Source: an uncultured cyanobacterium (lineage in GTDB: Bacteria; Cyanobacteriota; Cyanobacteriia; Cyanobacteriales; CAWCAG01). Taken from it: a stretch of 64,000 nucleotides of DNA. The number at the start of each line of letters is the position of its first letter. Within the stretch, counting starts at the first letter, position 1. The translations under genes were made by a program, and so were the position numbers. The notes under the pieces are model-generated. The model had not been told where the DNA came from and searched no databases. It saw nothing but the letters and a program-made list of their open reading frames with translations. The DNA is taken from the NCBI GenBank assembly GCA_963803805.1, contig CAWDOD010000004.1, positions 96,001 through 160,000 of the forward strand. The letters are read 5' to 3'. Below, piece after piece: positions 1 through 11,405 of the stretch.

Positions 1-2
1 TA

Positions 3-434
3 GATAAAGCTAAAACTGATTCCCCGACAATTTTAATTCTTGATAATTCTATTACTGTACGGGAACTCTTAGCCATGACTTTTACTGAGGCGGGTTACAA
101 GGTTATCAAAGCAAGAGATGGACAGGAAGCATGGGAATTATTGCAAGAAGGCTTACATTGCGATGCCATTTTTGCTGATTTTGAAATGCCCCGTATGACT
201 GGCTATGAATTTCTCGAAAGGCTTAAAAAAGATGAGCATTTGCAAGGGATTCCCGTAGCAATGCTAACTAGCCGAGGAATAGAGAAGATGATTCAGCCTC
301 CTATGTGGCAACAGCTTGGGGCTTGGGGCTATTTTACCAAACCCTATTCAGGAGAAGTTCTGATTGAAGCAGCTAATTGTATGGTGCAAGGGAAGTCGTT
401 AGAGTATTTTAATTTAATTATTTCGAGAAGCTGA
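3..434 (+). CDS. Receiver domain, probably the C-terminus of a CheA-like hybrid kinase (5' part outside the window)
   Basis: Frame is open from position 3 (DKAKTDSPTILILDNSITVRELLAMTF). It continues into ARDGQEAW, the phosphoacceptor motif IFADFEMPRM, MLTSRG and YFTKPY, typical of cyanobacterial CheA receivers. Confidence 0.75.
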   Translation, partial: DKAKTDSPTILILDNSITVRELLAMTFTEAGYKVIKARDGQEAWELLQEGLHCDAIFADFEMPRMTGYEFLERLKKDEHLQGIPVAMLTSRGIEKMIQPPMWQQLGAWGYFTKPYSGEVLIEAANCMVQGKSLEYFNLIISRS

Positions 435-514
435 AGCGATGGTCAAGAAATGATTTAGATAATTCATTTTTTGGTAATCAATCAAGTTGGCCAAATTGTA
501 AGAAGTTATAGCAA

Positions 515-1051
515 ATGGAAGTAAGCAAAAATATATTTGTAATCGAATCTTTTTTATCTGTAGAAGAATGTAGTGAACTTATCAATCAATCAGAAAAAAT
601 GGGCTACTCTGAAGCTGATGTCCAAGTTCATAATGGTAGGCAACATTTACCTAGAATAAGGAATAACGAAAGAGTAAATTTACATTCAAAACAACTGGCC
701 CATAAATTGTGGGAGAAAATAGCTTCATACCCTTTGCCTGTCTATGAGGGTAGATATGCTATCGGCCTATCTCCATACTTTCGTTTCTATAAGTATACCC
801 AAGGTCAGAGATTTAAAATACACCAAGATGGTCGGCAGAATGTAGAGGGAAATGAAACGTTATTTACACTTTTGGTTTTCCTTAATGAGAGATTCAAAGG
901 TGGTGAGACAATGTTTAGGCAAGAGCGAATTTCCATTACGCCAAAAACAGGTAAAGCACTAGTTTTTGAGCATCGACTGTGGCACAAAGGATGTGTAGTT
1001 GAAAACGGTGCCAAGTATGTAATACGCACTGATATTTCCTACAGCAGCTAA
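515..1051 (+). CDS. 2OG-Fe(II) oxygenase (prolyl-4-hydroxylase-like)
   Basis: FRFYKY..F.IHQD (HxD), GGET.F, distal H in LWHKG, and KYVIRTD. Confidence 0.85.
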   Translation: MEVSKNIFVIESFLSVEECSELINQSEKMGYSEADVQVHNGRQHLPRIRNNERVNLHSKQLAHKLWEKIASYPLPVYEGRYAIGLSPYFRFYKYTQGQRFKIHQDGRQNVEGNETLFTLLVFLNERFKGGETMFRQERISITPKTGKALVFEHRLWHKGCVVENGAKYVIRTDISYSS

Positions 1052-1131
1052 TAAATTCAGGTTAGCTTTTTCAAAAGATACCTGAATTTGTAAAGGGATT
1101 TCTTAGTAAGAAAATTGAACTTAGGCAAGTA

Positions 1132-1347
1132 ATGAAAATCGTTTTGGCATTTCTAGTATCTCTAATTGCATCATTTCTGATTTTGGCATTCTTTTTTGAG
1201 GAGGCTAAGCAACGAGCTTATAAAAAAGACAATGTAAGTGCAACGAATAGTCCAGAATATAGGGTGTTTGCCACCTTTTTGTTCCTCTATTATCCTTTGC
1301 TGGTAATCATCATGACTACTGTCTTCTTTATCTTACTTCCATGGTAA
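1132..1347 (+). CDS. Small membrane protein with two hydrophobic segments, function unknown
   Basis: 71-aa ORF with hydrophobic N- and C-terminal stretches. Confidence 0.55.
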   Translation: MKIVLAFLVSLIASFLILAFFFEEAKQRAYKKDNVSATNSPEYRVFATFLFLYYPLLVIIMTTVFFILLPW

Positions 1348-1653
1348 CCTCACAGCATTTCTCCGACTCATATAAAACCCGTTTGAATAGCCATAGTTAA
1401 ACTGTGGGGATTGCTAAATTGCTAAGGAGTAGGCGTAGCCGTTGACTCATCTCTGACTATTGTTTATTTGCACCATAGCTGCTTAACTATATCTAAATTT
1501 ATCACCGATTTTAGATCATGGGGTGCAGTAGCATATCTATTTGACCAAGTAAATACTCTTGCAATGATCATTAGATCACATAAACCGTCCCCCTTTTTTT
1601 GAGTCTTTGTGTTATTTTGATACAAACTTCTATTTTTGACCTCTGCATAAATT

Positions 1654-1935
1654 ATGAGTCAAGGTGCTTCATCTTCATCATTTAAGCTAATTGTCTACTA
1701 CATCAACGGAAAATCTCAAACTTTTGAAGTTCCTTTTCAAGGTTGGGACAAGGTAGGAAATGCAGCAAGCCAACTTACCAATATGGGAAAAGCTGATAAA
1801 TTGTTTATTGGTTTAACCGATGAGCGTTTAATTGGAATTCCTTACAGCAGCATTCTTTATTTTGAAGTTGATCCTATTCCTGAAAAAGTCCCTAATCAAA
1901 TTTTGAAAGACGTTGTTTTATTACAAGAAAATTAA
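1654..1935 (+). CDS. Hypothetical protein
   Basis: 93-aa ATG ORF with globular composition. Confidence 0.6.
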   Translation: MSQGASSSSFKLIVYYINGKSQTFEVPFQGWDKVGNAASQLTNMGKADKLFIGLTDERLIGIPYSSILYFEVDPIPEKVPNQILKDVVLLQEN

Positions 1936-2068
1936 TTAATGATAATGAGACAATAATTTATAACTGAGAATAAGAAAATAATAGTGGCTAATAAATAATT
2001 TCTTGCTTTTGCAATACATATCACGATATTATCTAAATTTCCTAGGTAGGAATTGTGAGAATTTCTCG

Positions 2069-2425
2069 TCACTCTAATTCCTGATACTCCTTTTTAAGGC
2101 TTTCATAATATTTTCGTTGAGCTTTTTCTACCAATTTTGGATTCTGTCTTCGTCTTCTAATCGGTTGTGTGGAGTTGGAAGTTTCGACTACACGAATAGT
2201 AATTGTATCCCCCACTTGAATAGAGTGTTTAATCCAGTCTATATACTCATCATTATGCTTATCGTAGTGTAGCAATCCTCCCACCCGGAAATCTATAGTA
2301 TCAATTAAATCATCGTCTTTTCCCGAAGCTTTTCGGAGGCACAGAATTGAGGAGAGTACTGAAACACCTTCAATTCCAGCAACAATTTTGGTTTCATTGT
2401 TAATAGTGACTTCAAATGCGATAAT
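2069..2425 (-). CDS. Hypothetical protein; frame extends upstream of the tracked GTG, possible ATT start
   Basis: Frame is open from about 2440 and reads IIAFEVTINNETKIVAGIEGVSVLSSIL...FRVGGL. ATT at 2423-2425 is preceded by AAGGT. Confidence 0.55.
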   Translation of the reverse strand: MIAFEVTINNETKIVAGIEGVSVLSSILCLRKASGKDDDLIDTIDFRVGGLLHYDKHNDEYIDWIKHSIQVGDTITIRVVETSNSTQPIRRRRQNPKLVEKAQRKYYESLKKEYQELE

Positions 2426-2471
2426 TCTACCTTGCCATATTAATTAGTTCACCTGTATTCCAGGAGAAACT

Positions 2472-3758
2472 TTAGCTAAACTGCTTTTCTGTATCCAAAT
2501 CAAACAACAATTGCAAGGATTGTAAGGCAATACGACGGGCTTCTATATCCTGTTGCGCCCTAAGTTGTACCATTGGTTCATGGAGAATTTTATTAACAAT
2601 CCCCCTGGTTAAAGCTTCAATCACATCCTGATGCTTGTCCCCAAACTCTGTGCCAAGGCGAGAAAGAGCTTTTTCTAGTTCTTGGGTGCGAATGGTTTCT
2701 ACTTTGCGTCGCAAAGAGCTAATGGTAGGGACGGTTTCTAAAGAACGCAACCATAATTCATAATTTTCTACTTCTTCTTCTAATAAACCTTCTGCTTCCA
2801 AAGCCATCTGGCGACGACTTTCCTTATTCTGGGCTACTACAGCTTTGAGATCATCTACGTTATAAGATTGAATATGGGTAAGTTCTTTAACATCGCCATG
2901 GACATTTAAAGGTACAGAAATATCACAAAGCATTAAAGAACGGGTCGGATCAATTACTGGTTCTAACTTAGCACGACTTAGAATAGGCTCGGTAGCAGCA
3001 GTACTAGTAAAAACAAGATTAGCAGAGGCGATCGCACTCATCATTTCAGGCAAGCCACAAATCTGTAAAGTGGCTTCAGGGAAGTTGCTTGCTAATTCCT
3101 GGGCGCGTTTTTGGGAACGGTTAACAATACAAATTTGCGTTGCACCTTTAGCCAAGAGGTGTTTAACTAATAACCGGGACATTTTCCCTGCCCCAATAAC
3201 AGCAACACTACAGTCAGATAAACTCTGAAGCTTCATCAAAGCCAATTCTACCGCCGCAGAACTAATGGATACTGCCCCTGTACCAATATTTGTTTCGCTG
3301 CGTACCCGCTTTCCTGCACTAATAGCTTGTTTAAATAATTTATCTAATAATCTGCCTAAACCCTTATATTTTTGTCCCTGTTTGTGGGCAGTTTTAACCT
3401 GGGCCAAAATTTGCCCTTCCCCCAACACCAAACTTTCTAACCCCGCTGCCACCCTCATTAAGTGCATAACAGCATCGTGATGAAGGAGGGTAAATAGGTG
3501 TCGTCGCAACTGTCTTAACCGGATCTGGGCAACTTCAGAAAGAAAGAGATTAACTTCGTGTACTCCCTGTTCGGTTTCTTTGGCTACTACATAAATTTCT
3601 AAGCGGTTGCAAGTACTAATAATAGCAACTTCTTCAATATTGGGATAATTTAATAAATCGGCGATCGCCTTTTCAATTTTCGCTTCGGGAATGCTCAATT
3701 TTTCCCGCACTTCCACCGGGGCAGTTTTATGGCTTAAACCAACAACAACAATACTCAT
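2472..3758 (-). CDS. hemA: Glutamyl-tRNA reductase
   Basis: [35 protein letters not shown] motifs. Confidence 0.97.
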   Translation of the reverse strand: MSIVVVGLSHKTAPVEVREKLSIPEAKIEKAIADLLNYPNIEEVAIISTCNRLEIYVVAKETEQGVHEVNLFLSEVAQIRLRQLRRHLFTLLHHDAVMHLMRVAAGLESLVLGEGQILAQVKTAHKQGQKYKGLGRLLDKLFKQAISAGKRVRSETNIGTGAVSISSAAVELALMKLQSLSDCSVAVIGAGKMSRLLVKHLLAKGATQICIVNRSQKRAQELASNFPEATLQICGLPEMMSAIASANLVFTSTAATEPILSRAKLEPVIDPTRSLMLCDISVPLNVHGDVKELTHIQSYNVDDLKAVVAQNKESRRQMALEAEGLLEEEVENYELWLRSLETVPTISSLRRKVETIRTQELEKALSRLGTEFGDKHQDVIEALTRGIVNKILHEPMVQLRAQQDIEARRIALQSLQLLFDLDTEKQFS

Positions 3759-3790
3759 AGTTTTAATAAAATTTTTTTAAAATTGGCTAG

Positions 3791-3814
3791 TAGGGAATAG
3801 GGAATAGGGAATAG
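3791..3814 (+). repeat. Short tandem heptamer repeat (TAGGGAA)n, STRR-like
   Basis: tagggaa tagggaa tagggaa tag. Confidence 0.8.
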
Positions 3815-3868
3815 TATTTTACTTTATTACTCTAGCCCTGCTCCCTGCTCCCTGTCGTAAAGTGACAA

Positions 3869-4915
3869 CTATCTCAACTGCAAATACCGAGGCTTGTTAG
3901 CGCCTTCAAACATATGAATTGTATCTACAAAACGAGCAGTACTAGATTGGCTAGAAATAACTAAACTTTGGGTTCTGGCCCCACCTTGAAAGAAGCGTAC
4001 TCCTTCCATCAAAGTTCCTGGAGTAATACCGCAGGCGGCAAAGAGGACATTTTCTCCTTTAGCTAACTCTTCAGCGTTATACACCTTATCAGGGTCGTTG
4101 ATACCCATCCCTTTTAAACGGTCTAGGTTACTTTCTCTACTTTCACCAATTAAGCCGGTTTTCACAACTGCGGGATCATAAATGAGTTGCCCTTGGAAGT
4201 GACCTCCTAAGCAACGCATGGCTGCGGCGGAAATAACTCCTTCTGGTGCAGCGCCGATACCCATTAGAGCATGAATACTAGTTCCGGAAAAGGCGCAGGA
4301 AATAGCGGCTGAAACATCTCCATCACTGATTAGTCTGACTCTTGCACCTGCTTCTCTGATTTCCTTGATGAGGTCGTTATGGCGTTCTCGCTTCATCACA
4401 ACTACCACCAATTCTTCAATAGAACGGTTTAAACAATCAGCTAAGATTTGCAAGTTTTCTGTGGCAGATTTGTTGATATCAACATGATTTCTTGCTGCTG
4501 GGGGTGCTGCTAATTTTTTCATGTAGAAGTCTGGTGCAGCAAACAAGCCACCTTTTTCTGAAATTGCTAATACTGCCATAGAACCATTTTGTCCGTAGGC
4601 GACTAAGTTAGTGCCTTCACAAGGGTCAACAGCAATATCAATTTCTACTAGTTCATCAGGGTTGCAATAATCATTAGCATCTTCTCTAGTACAAATACCT
4701 ACTTCTTCACCAATGTAAAGCATCGGCGCATCGTCCCGCTCTCCTTCTCCAATTACAATGCGACCACGCATATAAATTTGGTTCATACGTTCTCGCATTG
4801 CTTCTACTGCCACTTCGTCAGCAGTATCTTTCTCACCTTTCCCCATCCATTTAGCTGAGGCGATCGCTGCTTGTTCAACAACCTCAATAATTTCTAAACC
4901 TAATGTTTTTTCCAC
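3869..4915 (-). CDS. glpX: Class II fructose-1,6-/sedoheptulose-1,7-bisphosphatase
   Basis: [39 protein letters not shown]. Confidence 0.97.
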   Translation of the reverse strand: MEKTLGLEIIEVVEQAAIASAKWMGKGEKDTADEVAVEAMRERMNQIYMRGRIVIGEGERDDAPMLYIGEEVGICTREDANDYCNPDELVEIDIAVDPCEGTNLVAYGQNGSMAVLAISEKGGLFAAPDFYMKKLAAPPAARNHVDINKSATENLQILADCLNRSIEELVVVVMKRERHNDLIKEIREAGARVRLISDGDVSAAISCAFSGTSIHALMGIGAAPEGVISAAAMRCLGGHFQGQLIYDPAVVKTGLIGESRESNLDRLKGMGINDPDKVYNAEELAKGENVLFAACGITPGTLMEGVRFFQGGARTQSLVISSQSSTARFVDTIHMFEGANKPRYLQLR

Positions 4916-5072
4916 TTTTTTTAAATTCCTCTTAACTGCTTATTTTTCTGGCTTTATCATCTACGGACTCAGTGTTAAAGTCTATCAGAAACGGGGATCT
5001 CGTAGGCCAGAAGAGAGGTCGAGGTTTATGTTAAGTTTTTTTTCAATAAACAATTAATTGGGCTTAAGCAGT

Positions 5073-5603
5073 TCAACCAGCTAAAGCTGTAGCAATTGTC
5101 CAACCATCCACCAATAATAAAAATAGGGTACAAACTAGTAAAATTAGATACATCCAAGGTTGAGATAAAGGTCGAATATCTTGAGTATCAATGCCTGTCT
5201 TCTCTTGGACAAGCTTAACCAAACGGGTAAAACCAATTACTCGCATTGGTAACAAATAAGCTTTTTCTCTAGTTTCTGTCACGAAATAATAAACTAAACC
5301 ACCTTGCCCTGTGGTACGCATTTTTAAATCAGTAATTTCTCCCCAAGGCAAAGACCAACCTCTGCGAATAAAAGAAAACCATCGGGGATAGCTAACACCT
5401 ATTTGTTCTTCATCCAAAACTACTCGTTCGCTTAAAGCACCAAATAAAGCGATGAACCCTAAAGCTATACCTACCCATAAAAATTCTGGTGGTACTGGAG
5501 CAGCAACCACTTTAGCTAAGAAAGGTAGAGGCAGGGTTAAGGCAATATAAAGACTGAGTAAAGTAACTTTAATCAGGGGAGAAATATAGAAAGTTGCGGA
5601 CAT
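5073..5603 (-). CDS. Conserved cyanobacterial membrane protein
   Basis: 176 aa with three hydrophobic segments and a RTTGQGGLVYYF motif. Confidence 0.75.
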   Translation of the reverse strand: MSATFYISPLIKVTLLSLYIALTLPLPFLAKVVAAPVPPEFLWVGIALGFIALFGALSERVVLDEEQIGVSYPRWFSFIRRGWSLPWGEITDLKMRTTGQGGLVYYFVTETREKAYLLPMRVIGFTRLVKLVQEKTGIDTQDIRPLSQPWMYLILLVCTLFLLLVDGWTIATALAG

Positions 5604-5908
5604 AACACTTAAAAGACAGGTTTTCCTTAAATCTCCATTTTAATAGCTGTTCCCCGCTCCCTACTCCCTTGCCACAGTAAGCAATTCTCTTTAGCCGACA
5701 GTCTACTTAAGTACATACACTGGCTAGATGCTAGAAAGTTAATGGACTTAGCAGAAAATATCCAGTTGAAAACAAAAAATTCAAAAATATTTAGATTTCA
5801 AGGCATTACTTATTAACAAACCTTTGTAAACTGTTATAAACAAACTTTGTTCCTTAACTACTTATTAACAGAAGGAATTAGTAAAACTCCATAACTGAGG
5901 TCTTAACT

Positions 5909-6823
5909 TTGGTCAAACAACTGATAACTGCTGAACGTTCCTTTTTGATTGCTCATATTTTATCTATGGCCTTCGGTTTAGCAGGACTATTACTCGTCTT
6001 ACCTAATCCTAATTTTATTCTCAACCTACCAGATTTTGGTAAAACTGCCTTTAGCTGGTCAATGGCCGGAGGTGGGGTTGTATATATGCTCTTGGGTACT
6101 GCTGCAATCTCAATTTATGCCTACCGTACCCTTGGTGTTTGGCATTGGCTCAGTTTCATGATTCCGGCTATCTTTATTTCTTTAGGAAGTGAACTGTTAG
6201 GAACTAGTACTGGCTTCCCCTTTGGTCACTATCATTACCTAAGTGGTTTAGGCTACAAAATTGCTGGGCTTGTCCCCTTTACGATACCCCTATCTTGGTT
6301 TTACTTAGGTTTTGCTGCTTATTTAATTGCCCGTAGCGGCTTGGCAACTCGTTCCATTCCCGGTTGGTTACAGGATCTAACTGCCATTGCTTTTGGTGCT
6401 TTAACCTTAACTTCCTGGGACTTTGTTCTTGATCCAGCCATGAGCCAAACCACCGTCCCTTTTTGGATTTGGGAACAACCGGGAGCCTTTTTCGGTATGC
6501 CTTACCAAAACTTTGCGGGTTGGTTAGGAACAGGTGCTTTATTTATGGTTGTAGCTACCTTACTCTGGAAAAAAGCTCCTTTAAATTTACCAAACCAAGA
6601 TTTAGGACTGCCCTTAGCTATTTACCTAAGTAACTTTGCCTTTTCTACCGTCATGAGCTTAGCCGCAGGGATTTGGCTACCTGTTCTTTTAGGTTTAATA
6701 TTAGGAGTTACTCCTATGTTGGTATTCTATTGGTTGGCTATCTCCACCAAAGATGAACCCCATGACCCTGTTGTTACCAGCGAAGCTACTCCGGTAAGAA
6801 CAGTTGTAGGAAGTCGTATTTAA
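5909..6823 (+). CDS. cruF: Gamma-carotene 1'-hydroxylase (carotenoid 1,2-hydratase)
   Basis: ELLGTSTGFPFGHY.Y, WDFVLDPAM, GMPYQNFAGW; adjacent to a CruG-like gene. Confidence 0.88.
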   Translation: MVKQLITAERSFLIAHILSMAFGLAGLLLVLPNPNFILNLPDFGKTAFSWSMAGGGVVYMLLGTAAISIYAYRTLGVWHWLSFMIPAIFISLGSELLGTSTGFPFGHYHYLSGLGYKIAGLVPFTIPLSWFYLGFAAYLIARSGLATRSIPGWLQDLTAIAFGALTLTSWDFVLDPAMSQTTVPFWIWEQPGAFFGMPYQNFAGWLGTGALFMVVATLLWKKAPLNLPNQDLGLPLAIYLSNFAFSTVMSLAAGIWLPVLLGLILGVTPMLVFYWLAISTKDEPHDPVVTSEATPVRTVVGSRI

Positions 6824-6841
6824 GAATATTGGCTTGTTAGT

Positions 6842-8011
6842 TTGTTAACAAAAGAAATTATTGGTGCGGTGTCTCTGGTGTTGTTGATTTTAACTATGCC
6901 AGGGACATTAATTCTTGTTTCGCGATTGTTGAAAGGGGTAATGCGTCATCCTCCTTTGGAACCGAAACAGGCTCAAGTACAATTTTTGGGAAAAGTTAGT
7001 GTGGTGATTCCTACCCTTAACGAAGCCGCAAGAATTAGCCCTTGTTTGGTAGGTTTGAGCAAACAAGGTTATGAAGTCAGAGAAATAATTGTTGTTGATA
7101 GCAACTCCCAAGATCGAACCCAAGAGTTAGTTAAAGATAGGGCTGCTAAAGATCCTCGCTTTCGCCTTATAAATGATCCTCCTTTGCCTAAAAACTGGAT
7201 TGGCCGTCCTTGGGCATTGCATAATGGCTTCCTAGCTAGTTCTCCTGGAAGTGAATGGATTTTAGGCATTGATGCAGATACTCAACCCCAATTTGGCTTA
7301 GTTGCTAGTTTGCTGACTATTGCCGAAACCGAAGGCTATGATCTCATTTCCTTATCTCCCCAATTTATCCTCAAATATCCAGGGGAATGGTGGTTACAAC
7401 CCGCCTTATTAATGACCCTACTCTATCGCTTTGAGTCCGCAGGAGTTAAAGCAAATGCACCAGAACAAGTTATGGCTAATGGACAGTGCTTTTTTTGTCG
7501 CCGTTCTGTGTTGAAAAAATTAGCAGGATATAGTAGTGCAAAAAGTTCCTTCTGTGATGATGTTACCCTAGCCCGCAACATCGCAGCACAAGGATTCAAA
7601 GTTGGTTTTCTCGATGGGGGGAAAATCTTGAAAGTACGTATGTATGAAGGAGCAAAAGAAACTTGGCAAGAATGGGGACGTTCTTTGGATCTTAAAGATG
7701 CTGCTTCTGTTAGTCAAACTTGGGGAGAACTGTGGTTATTATTAATGGTGCAAGGTTTGCCATTGCCTTTGTCAGTTTTACTTTTAAGCTGCTTAGCTTT
7801 AGGTTATTCTTGTCCTACCCTCATAGCTGCGGCAGGATTAAATTTATTTTTAGTGATAATACGCTTTGCTTTATTACTCGCGATCGCACCTTCCTATCAA
7901 GGTTCTTCCTGGCTTTTCTGGCTTTCTCCCTTAGCAGATCCCTTCGCTGTAGCCCGAATTTTCTTATCTGCTAATACTAAACCAACTCAATGGCGGGGTA
8001 GAGTTTATTAA
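6842..8011 (+). CDS. cruG: Carotenoid (myxol) 2'-O-glycosyltransferase, GT2
   Basis: VVIPTLNEA.R, DADT, ANGQCF, WRGRVY end; 18 bp after cruF. Confidence 0.85.
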   Translation: MLTKEIIGAVSLVLLILTMPGTLILVSRLLKGVMRHPPLEPKQAQVQFLGKVSVVIPTLNEAARISPCLVGLSKQGYEVREIIVVDSNSQDRTQELVKDRAAKDPRFRLINDPPLPKNWIGRPWALHNGFLASSPGSEWILGIDADTQPQFGLVASLLTIAETEGYDLISLSPQFILKYPGEWWLQPALLMTLLYRFESAGVKANAPEQVMANGQCFFCRRSVLKKLAGYSSAKSSFCDDVTLARNIAAQGFKVGFLDGGKILKVRMYEGAKETWQEWGRSLDLKDAASVSQTWGELWLLLMVQGLPLPLSVLLLSCLALGYSCPTLIAAAGLNLFLVIIRFALLLAIAPSYQGSSWLFWLSPLADPFAVARIFLSANTKPTQWRGRVY

Positions 8012-8100
8012 TTGCTCTTTGCTAGTTGCTCTTTGCTATCTATCTCTCCATCTCCCCGTCAAATCTCAACAAGTACTCTTTTATCCTTGATAGCTTAAGC

Positions 8101-8271
8101 TTAATCTTCTTTTTGCTCTTTAGACTCAGTTTCTTTTTGAGACTTCTTTGAGGGCAACAAACCAGTAAATGACCACATCAAACCCACAGTAAGAGCTTTA
8201 GTGACAGACTTTATTCCCTTCATCTCAGAGTCTTTACATGACTCTAAGTCCTGCTCGTTTTTATCGCTCAT
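8101..8271 (-). CDS. Small hypothetical protein (56 aa), below the ORF-track cutoff
   Basis: Reads MSDKNEQDLESCKDSEMKGIKSVTKALTVGLMWSFTGLLPSKKSQKETESKEQKED*. Confidence 0.5.
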   Translation of the reverse strand: MSDKNEQDLESCKDSEMKGIKSVTKALTVGLMWSFTGLLPSKKSQKETESKEQKED

Positions 8272-8717
8272 TGTTTTCTTAACAAGAATGAAATTCTTCT
8301 GACTTATGATTATATAGAGAATTGACTCATTTATACTGTCTTATTTGCAACTACCAATCAAATTTACTTTCCCTATCTACTTTGCTGACTTGCTTCTTTA
8401 TAATAGATAGACCGTTAAGATATTCTATTTGATACGGAAAGCTTCCTTAATCCCTAGTATATTTAAAGATAATATAGAAAAGTCAAATTTCTCTCAAAAT
8501 CAAATTAAATCTGGCTGCCTCTACACCGTAGAACGATGCTTTTCCGAAAAAATAAATAGTCTATGTCCTTTTATCACGAAGTAATAACATCGTGCCAGAG
8601 GAGTTTTTCTATCAATAAAGTGATTGTAGTAATTGTATGGAAAATGAATGTATAAAATAGCTTGGTAAGTGGCAATTGTTTTTCTATTAATTACTAATTA
8701 TATTTTCTTAACTTACA

Positions 8718-11222
8718 ATGCAATTAGATAAAACCATTCCTAGTAAACTTCGGAAATCAGAACGTAACTTTAGTACATATACCAAAGAGTCTATTTTGAT
8801 GATTGGAAGTATTCAATCCCAAGGAGTACTTTTAGTCTTACAAGAACCCGAACTTGAAATCTTACAAGTCAGTAATAATACTTTTGAGTATTTAGGCTTT
8901 CATCCCAAAAAGTTACTAAATAAAAAGCTCGATATTCTCTTTCGTCCTTCTCAAATAGAAAGCCTAAAGAATTATTTATCCCAAGTTGATTTGCAAACTA
9001 TCAACCCGATTAAATTATCTTTAAAAGTAGCTGGTAAGTTTGTTTTGTTCGATGGCATTTTACATCGCTCAGATAGAAAACTGATTTTAGAGCTAGAACC
9101 AACTAATTCTAAAACTGTAGTTACTTTTATTGATTTCTACTATTTAATTAAGCTAGCTATTACTAAACTCAGTCGGGCTAGTCATATTCAGGAACTCTGT
9201 CAGATTGCTGCTATAGAAGTACGCAAGTTAACTAAATTTGACCGTGTTATGGTCTATAAAATTGAAGATGATGGTAGTGGAAAAGTCCTCGCAGAATCCA
9301 AGAATGGGCAACTAAGCTCCTTTTTTGGTTTGCACTTTCCTAGTTGGGAAATACCCCAAACAACTCAAGAGATAGCTGTCAAAAATAAATTGAGATTAAT
9401 TGCAGACATTAATAGTTTACCAGTAGCAATTATTCCCGAATGCCATCCTATAGACCAAACTCCTTTAAATTTAAGTTTATCTGTATTAAGGAGTACTCCA
9501 GAATGCCATAGAGAATACCTTAAGAATATGGGGGTAGCTTCTTCAGTAACAATATCCTTAGTTAAAGAGGAAAAGCTCTGGGGCATAATTGCCTGTCACA
9601 ACTATACTCCTAAATTTGTTTCCTACGAAGTACGTGCAGCTTGTGAATTTTTTGCTCAATCCATGTCTTTAGAATTAACCAATAAAGAGCAAAATGAAGA
9701 TTATGATTATAAAATAAAGCTCAAATATATCCAAGCTGAATTGCTCTCTTTAATGTCCCAGGAAGGCGACTTTGTAGAAGGTTTGGTTAAGTACAAGCCT
9801 AACCTACTTGATTTAGTTAATGCTACAGGAGCAGCTATTTGTTTGGGAGAAAGTTGTAATTTTGTTGGAAAAACTCCAAATCTAGAAGAGACTAGAGATT
9901 TAGTTACTTGGTTAGAAAAAAACAATCATTTTGATAGTATTTTTCAGACTGATTCCTTGGCAAAGTTAGAACCGAAAACTTCAATTATAAAAAGTGTTGC
10001 TAGCGGTGTGCTAGCCATAGCAATTTCTAAAACCCAAAGAAAATATATTCTCTGGTTTAGAGCAGAACAGTTACAAACAGTACAATGGGCAGGGAAACCA
10101 GAGCAAGAGTTCAAAATTGATAAAGAAGGACAACTCATTTCTTGTCCTCGTAAATCCTTTGCTGACTGGGAAGAAACAGTTAAATTAAAATCTTTACCTT
10201 GGAAACCTTGTGAAATAGAAGCTGCCTTAGTCCTAAAAAAATCAATTATTAGAATTGTTCTGCGTGCAGCAGACGAGTTAGCACAATTAAATGAAGCTCT
10301 GCGTCATTCTGAAACAAGAGAAAGAGATAAAGCTAACAAACTAGAGGGAGCATTAAAGAAACTCCAGTATACCCAAGCACAGCTTATTCAAAATGAAAAG
10401 ATGTCTAGCTTGGGACAATTGGTAGCAGGCATAGCTCACGAAATCAATAATCCTGTTAGCTTTATTTATGGTAATTTAGCCCATGCTGAGGAATATGCGA
10501 GAAACTTGCTTAGTTTAGTTAATCTTTATAATCATTACTATCCTATACCGGAAGCAGAAATACAACAAAAGATAGAAGAAATAGATTGGGAATTTATAGC
10601 TAGAGATTTACCTAAACTTATTGATTCTATGAAGTTAGGAACCAACCGTATTCGAGATATTGTTCAATCTCTACGCAATTTTTCCCGTACTAATGAAGCC
10701 GAAAGGAAACCAGTAGATATTCATAACGGTATTGATAGTACTATACTTATCCTTGGCAATCGTATCAAAGCTAGCGCTGAACGTCCCCAGATTATTATTA
10801 ACAAAAACTATGGGGATTTCCCTCAGTTGGAGTGCAATTTGGGGCAGCTAAATCAGGTATTTATGAATATTTTAGCTAATAGTATTGATGCCCTAGAAGA
10901 GAATAATCAAGGTCGCTCTTATCAGGAAATCGAAGCAAACCCTAATATTATAAATATCACTACTAAACAAAAAGATAAATCTATTATTATCAGCATTAGT
11001 GATAATGGACTTGGTATTTCAGAAGATGTCCAGTCTCGAATTTTTGATCCTTTCTTTACTACTAAACCTGTAGGTAAAGGTACAGGTTTAGGTTTATCTA
11101 TTAGCTATCAAATTATTGTAGACAAACACAAAGGGAAACTTAGTTGCCATTCTCTACCCCAAAAAGGTACTGAGTTTGTTATAGAAATTCCCCTTGAAGT
11201 GAGTAAGCTGTCAGGCATTTAA
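8718..11222 (+). CDS. Phytochrome-type PAS-GAF-PHY sensor histidine kinase
   Basis: [30 protein letters not shown] (GAF Cys-His), ACH, tongue PRKSF, H-box [24 protein letters not shown]. Confidence 0.9.
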   Translation: MQLDKTIPSKLRKSERNFSTYTKESILMIGSIQSQGVLLVLQEPELEILQVSNNTFEYLGFHPKKLLNKKLDILFRPSQIESLKNYLSQVDLQTINPIKLSLKVAGKFVLFDGILHRSDRKLILELEPTNSKTVVTFIDFYYLIKLAITKLSRASHIQELCQIAAIEVRKLTKFDRVMVYKIEDDGSGKVLAESKNGQLSSFFGLHFPSWEIPQTTQEIAVKNKLRLIADINSLPVAIIPECHPIDQTPLNLSLSVLRSTPECHREYLKNMGVASSVTISLVKEEKLWGIIACHNYTPKFVSYEVRAACEFFAQSMSLELTNKEQNEDYDYKIKLKYIQAELLSLMSQEGDFVEGLVKYKPNLLDLVNATGAAICLGESCNFVGKTPNLEETRDLVTWLEKNNHFDSIFQTDSLAKLEPKTSIIKSVASGVLAIAISKTQRKYILWFRAEQLQTVQWAGKPEQEFKIDKEGQLISCPRKSFADWEETVKLKSLPWKPCEIEAALVLKKSIIRIVLRAADELAQLNEALRHSETRERDKANKLEGALKKLQYTQAQLIQNEKMSSLGQLVAGIAHEINNPVSFIYGNLAHAEEYARNLLSLVNLYNHYYPIPEAEIQQKIEEIDWEFIARDLPKLIDSMKLGTNRIRDIVQSLRNFSRTNEAERKPVDIHNGIDSTILILGNRIKASAERPQIIINKNYGDFPQLECNLGQLNQVFMNILANSIDALEENNQGRSYQEIEANPNIINITTKQKDKSIIISISDNGLGISEDVQSRIFDPFFTTKPVGKGTGLGLSISYQIIVDKHKGKLSCHSLPQKGTEFVIEIPLEVSKLSGI

Positions 11223-11405
11223 TTTACTTATTAGGTTTGATGAGGAGATAGGGAGATAGGGAAATGGGGGGAGGGTTTTAGGGCTTATTTCCTAGTTGAG
11301 TAATACACAGTTTAAATGCACATCAGCTTAATAAGTAAGGAACATAATGTTCCCTGACCCTATAAGCCTAGGCAGTGTAGCTCCGACACAACTAAAAAAA
11401 CGGTA

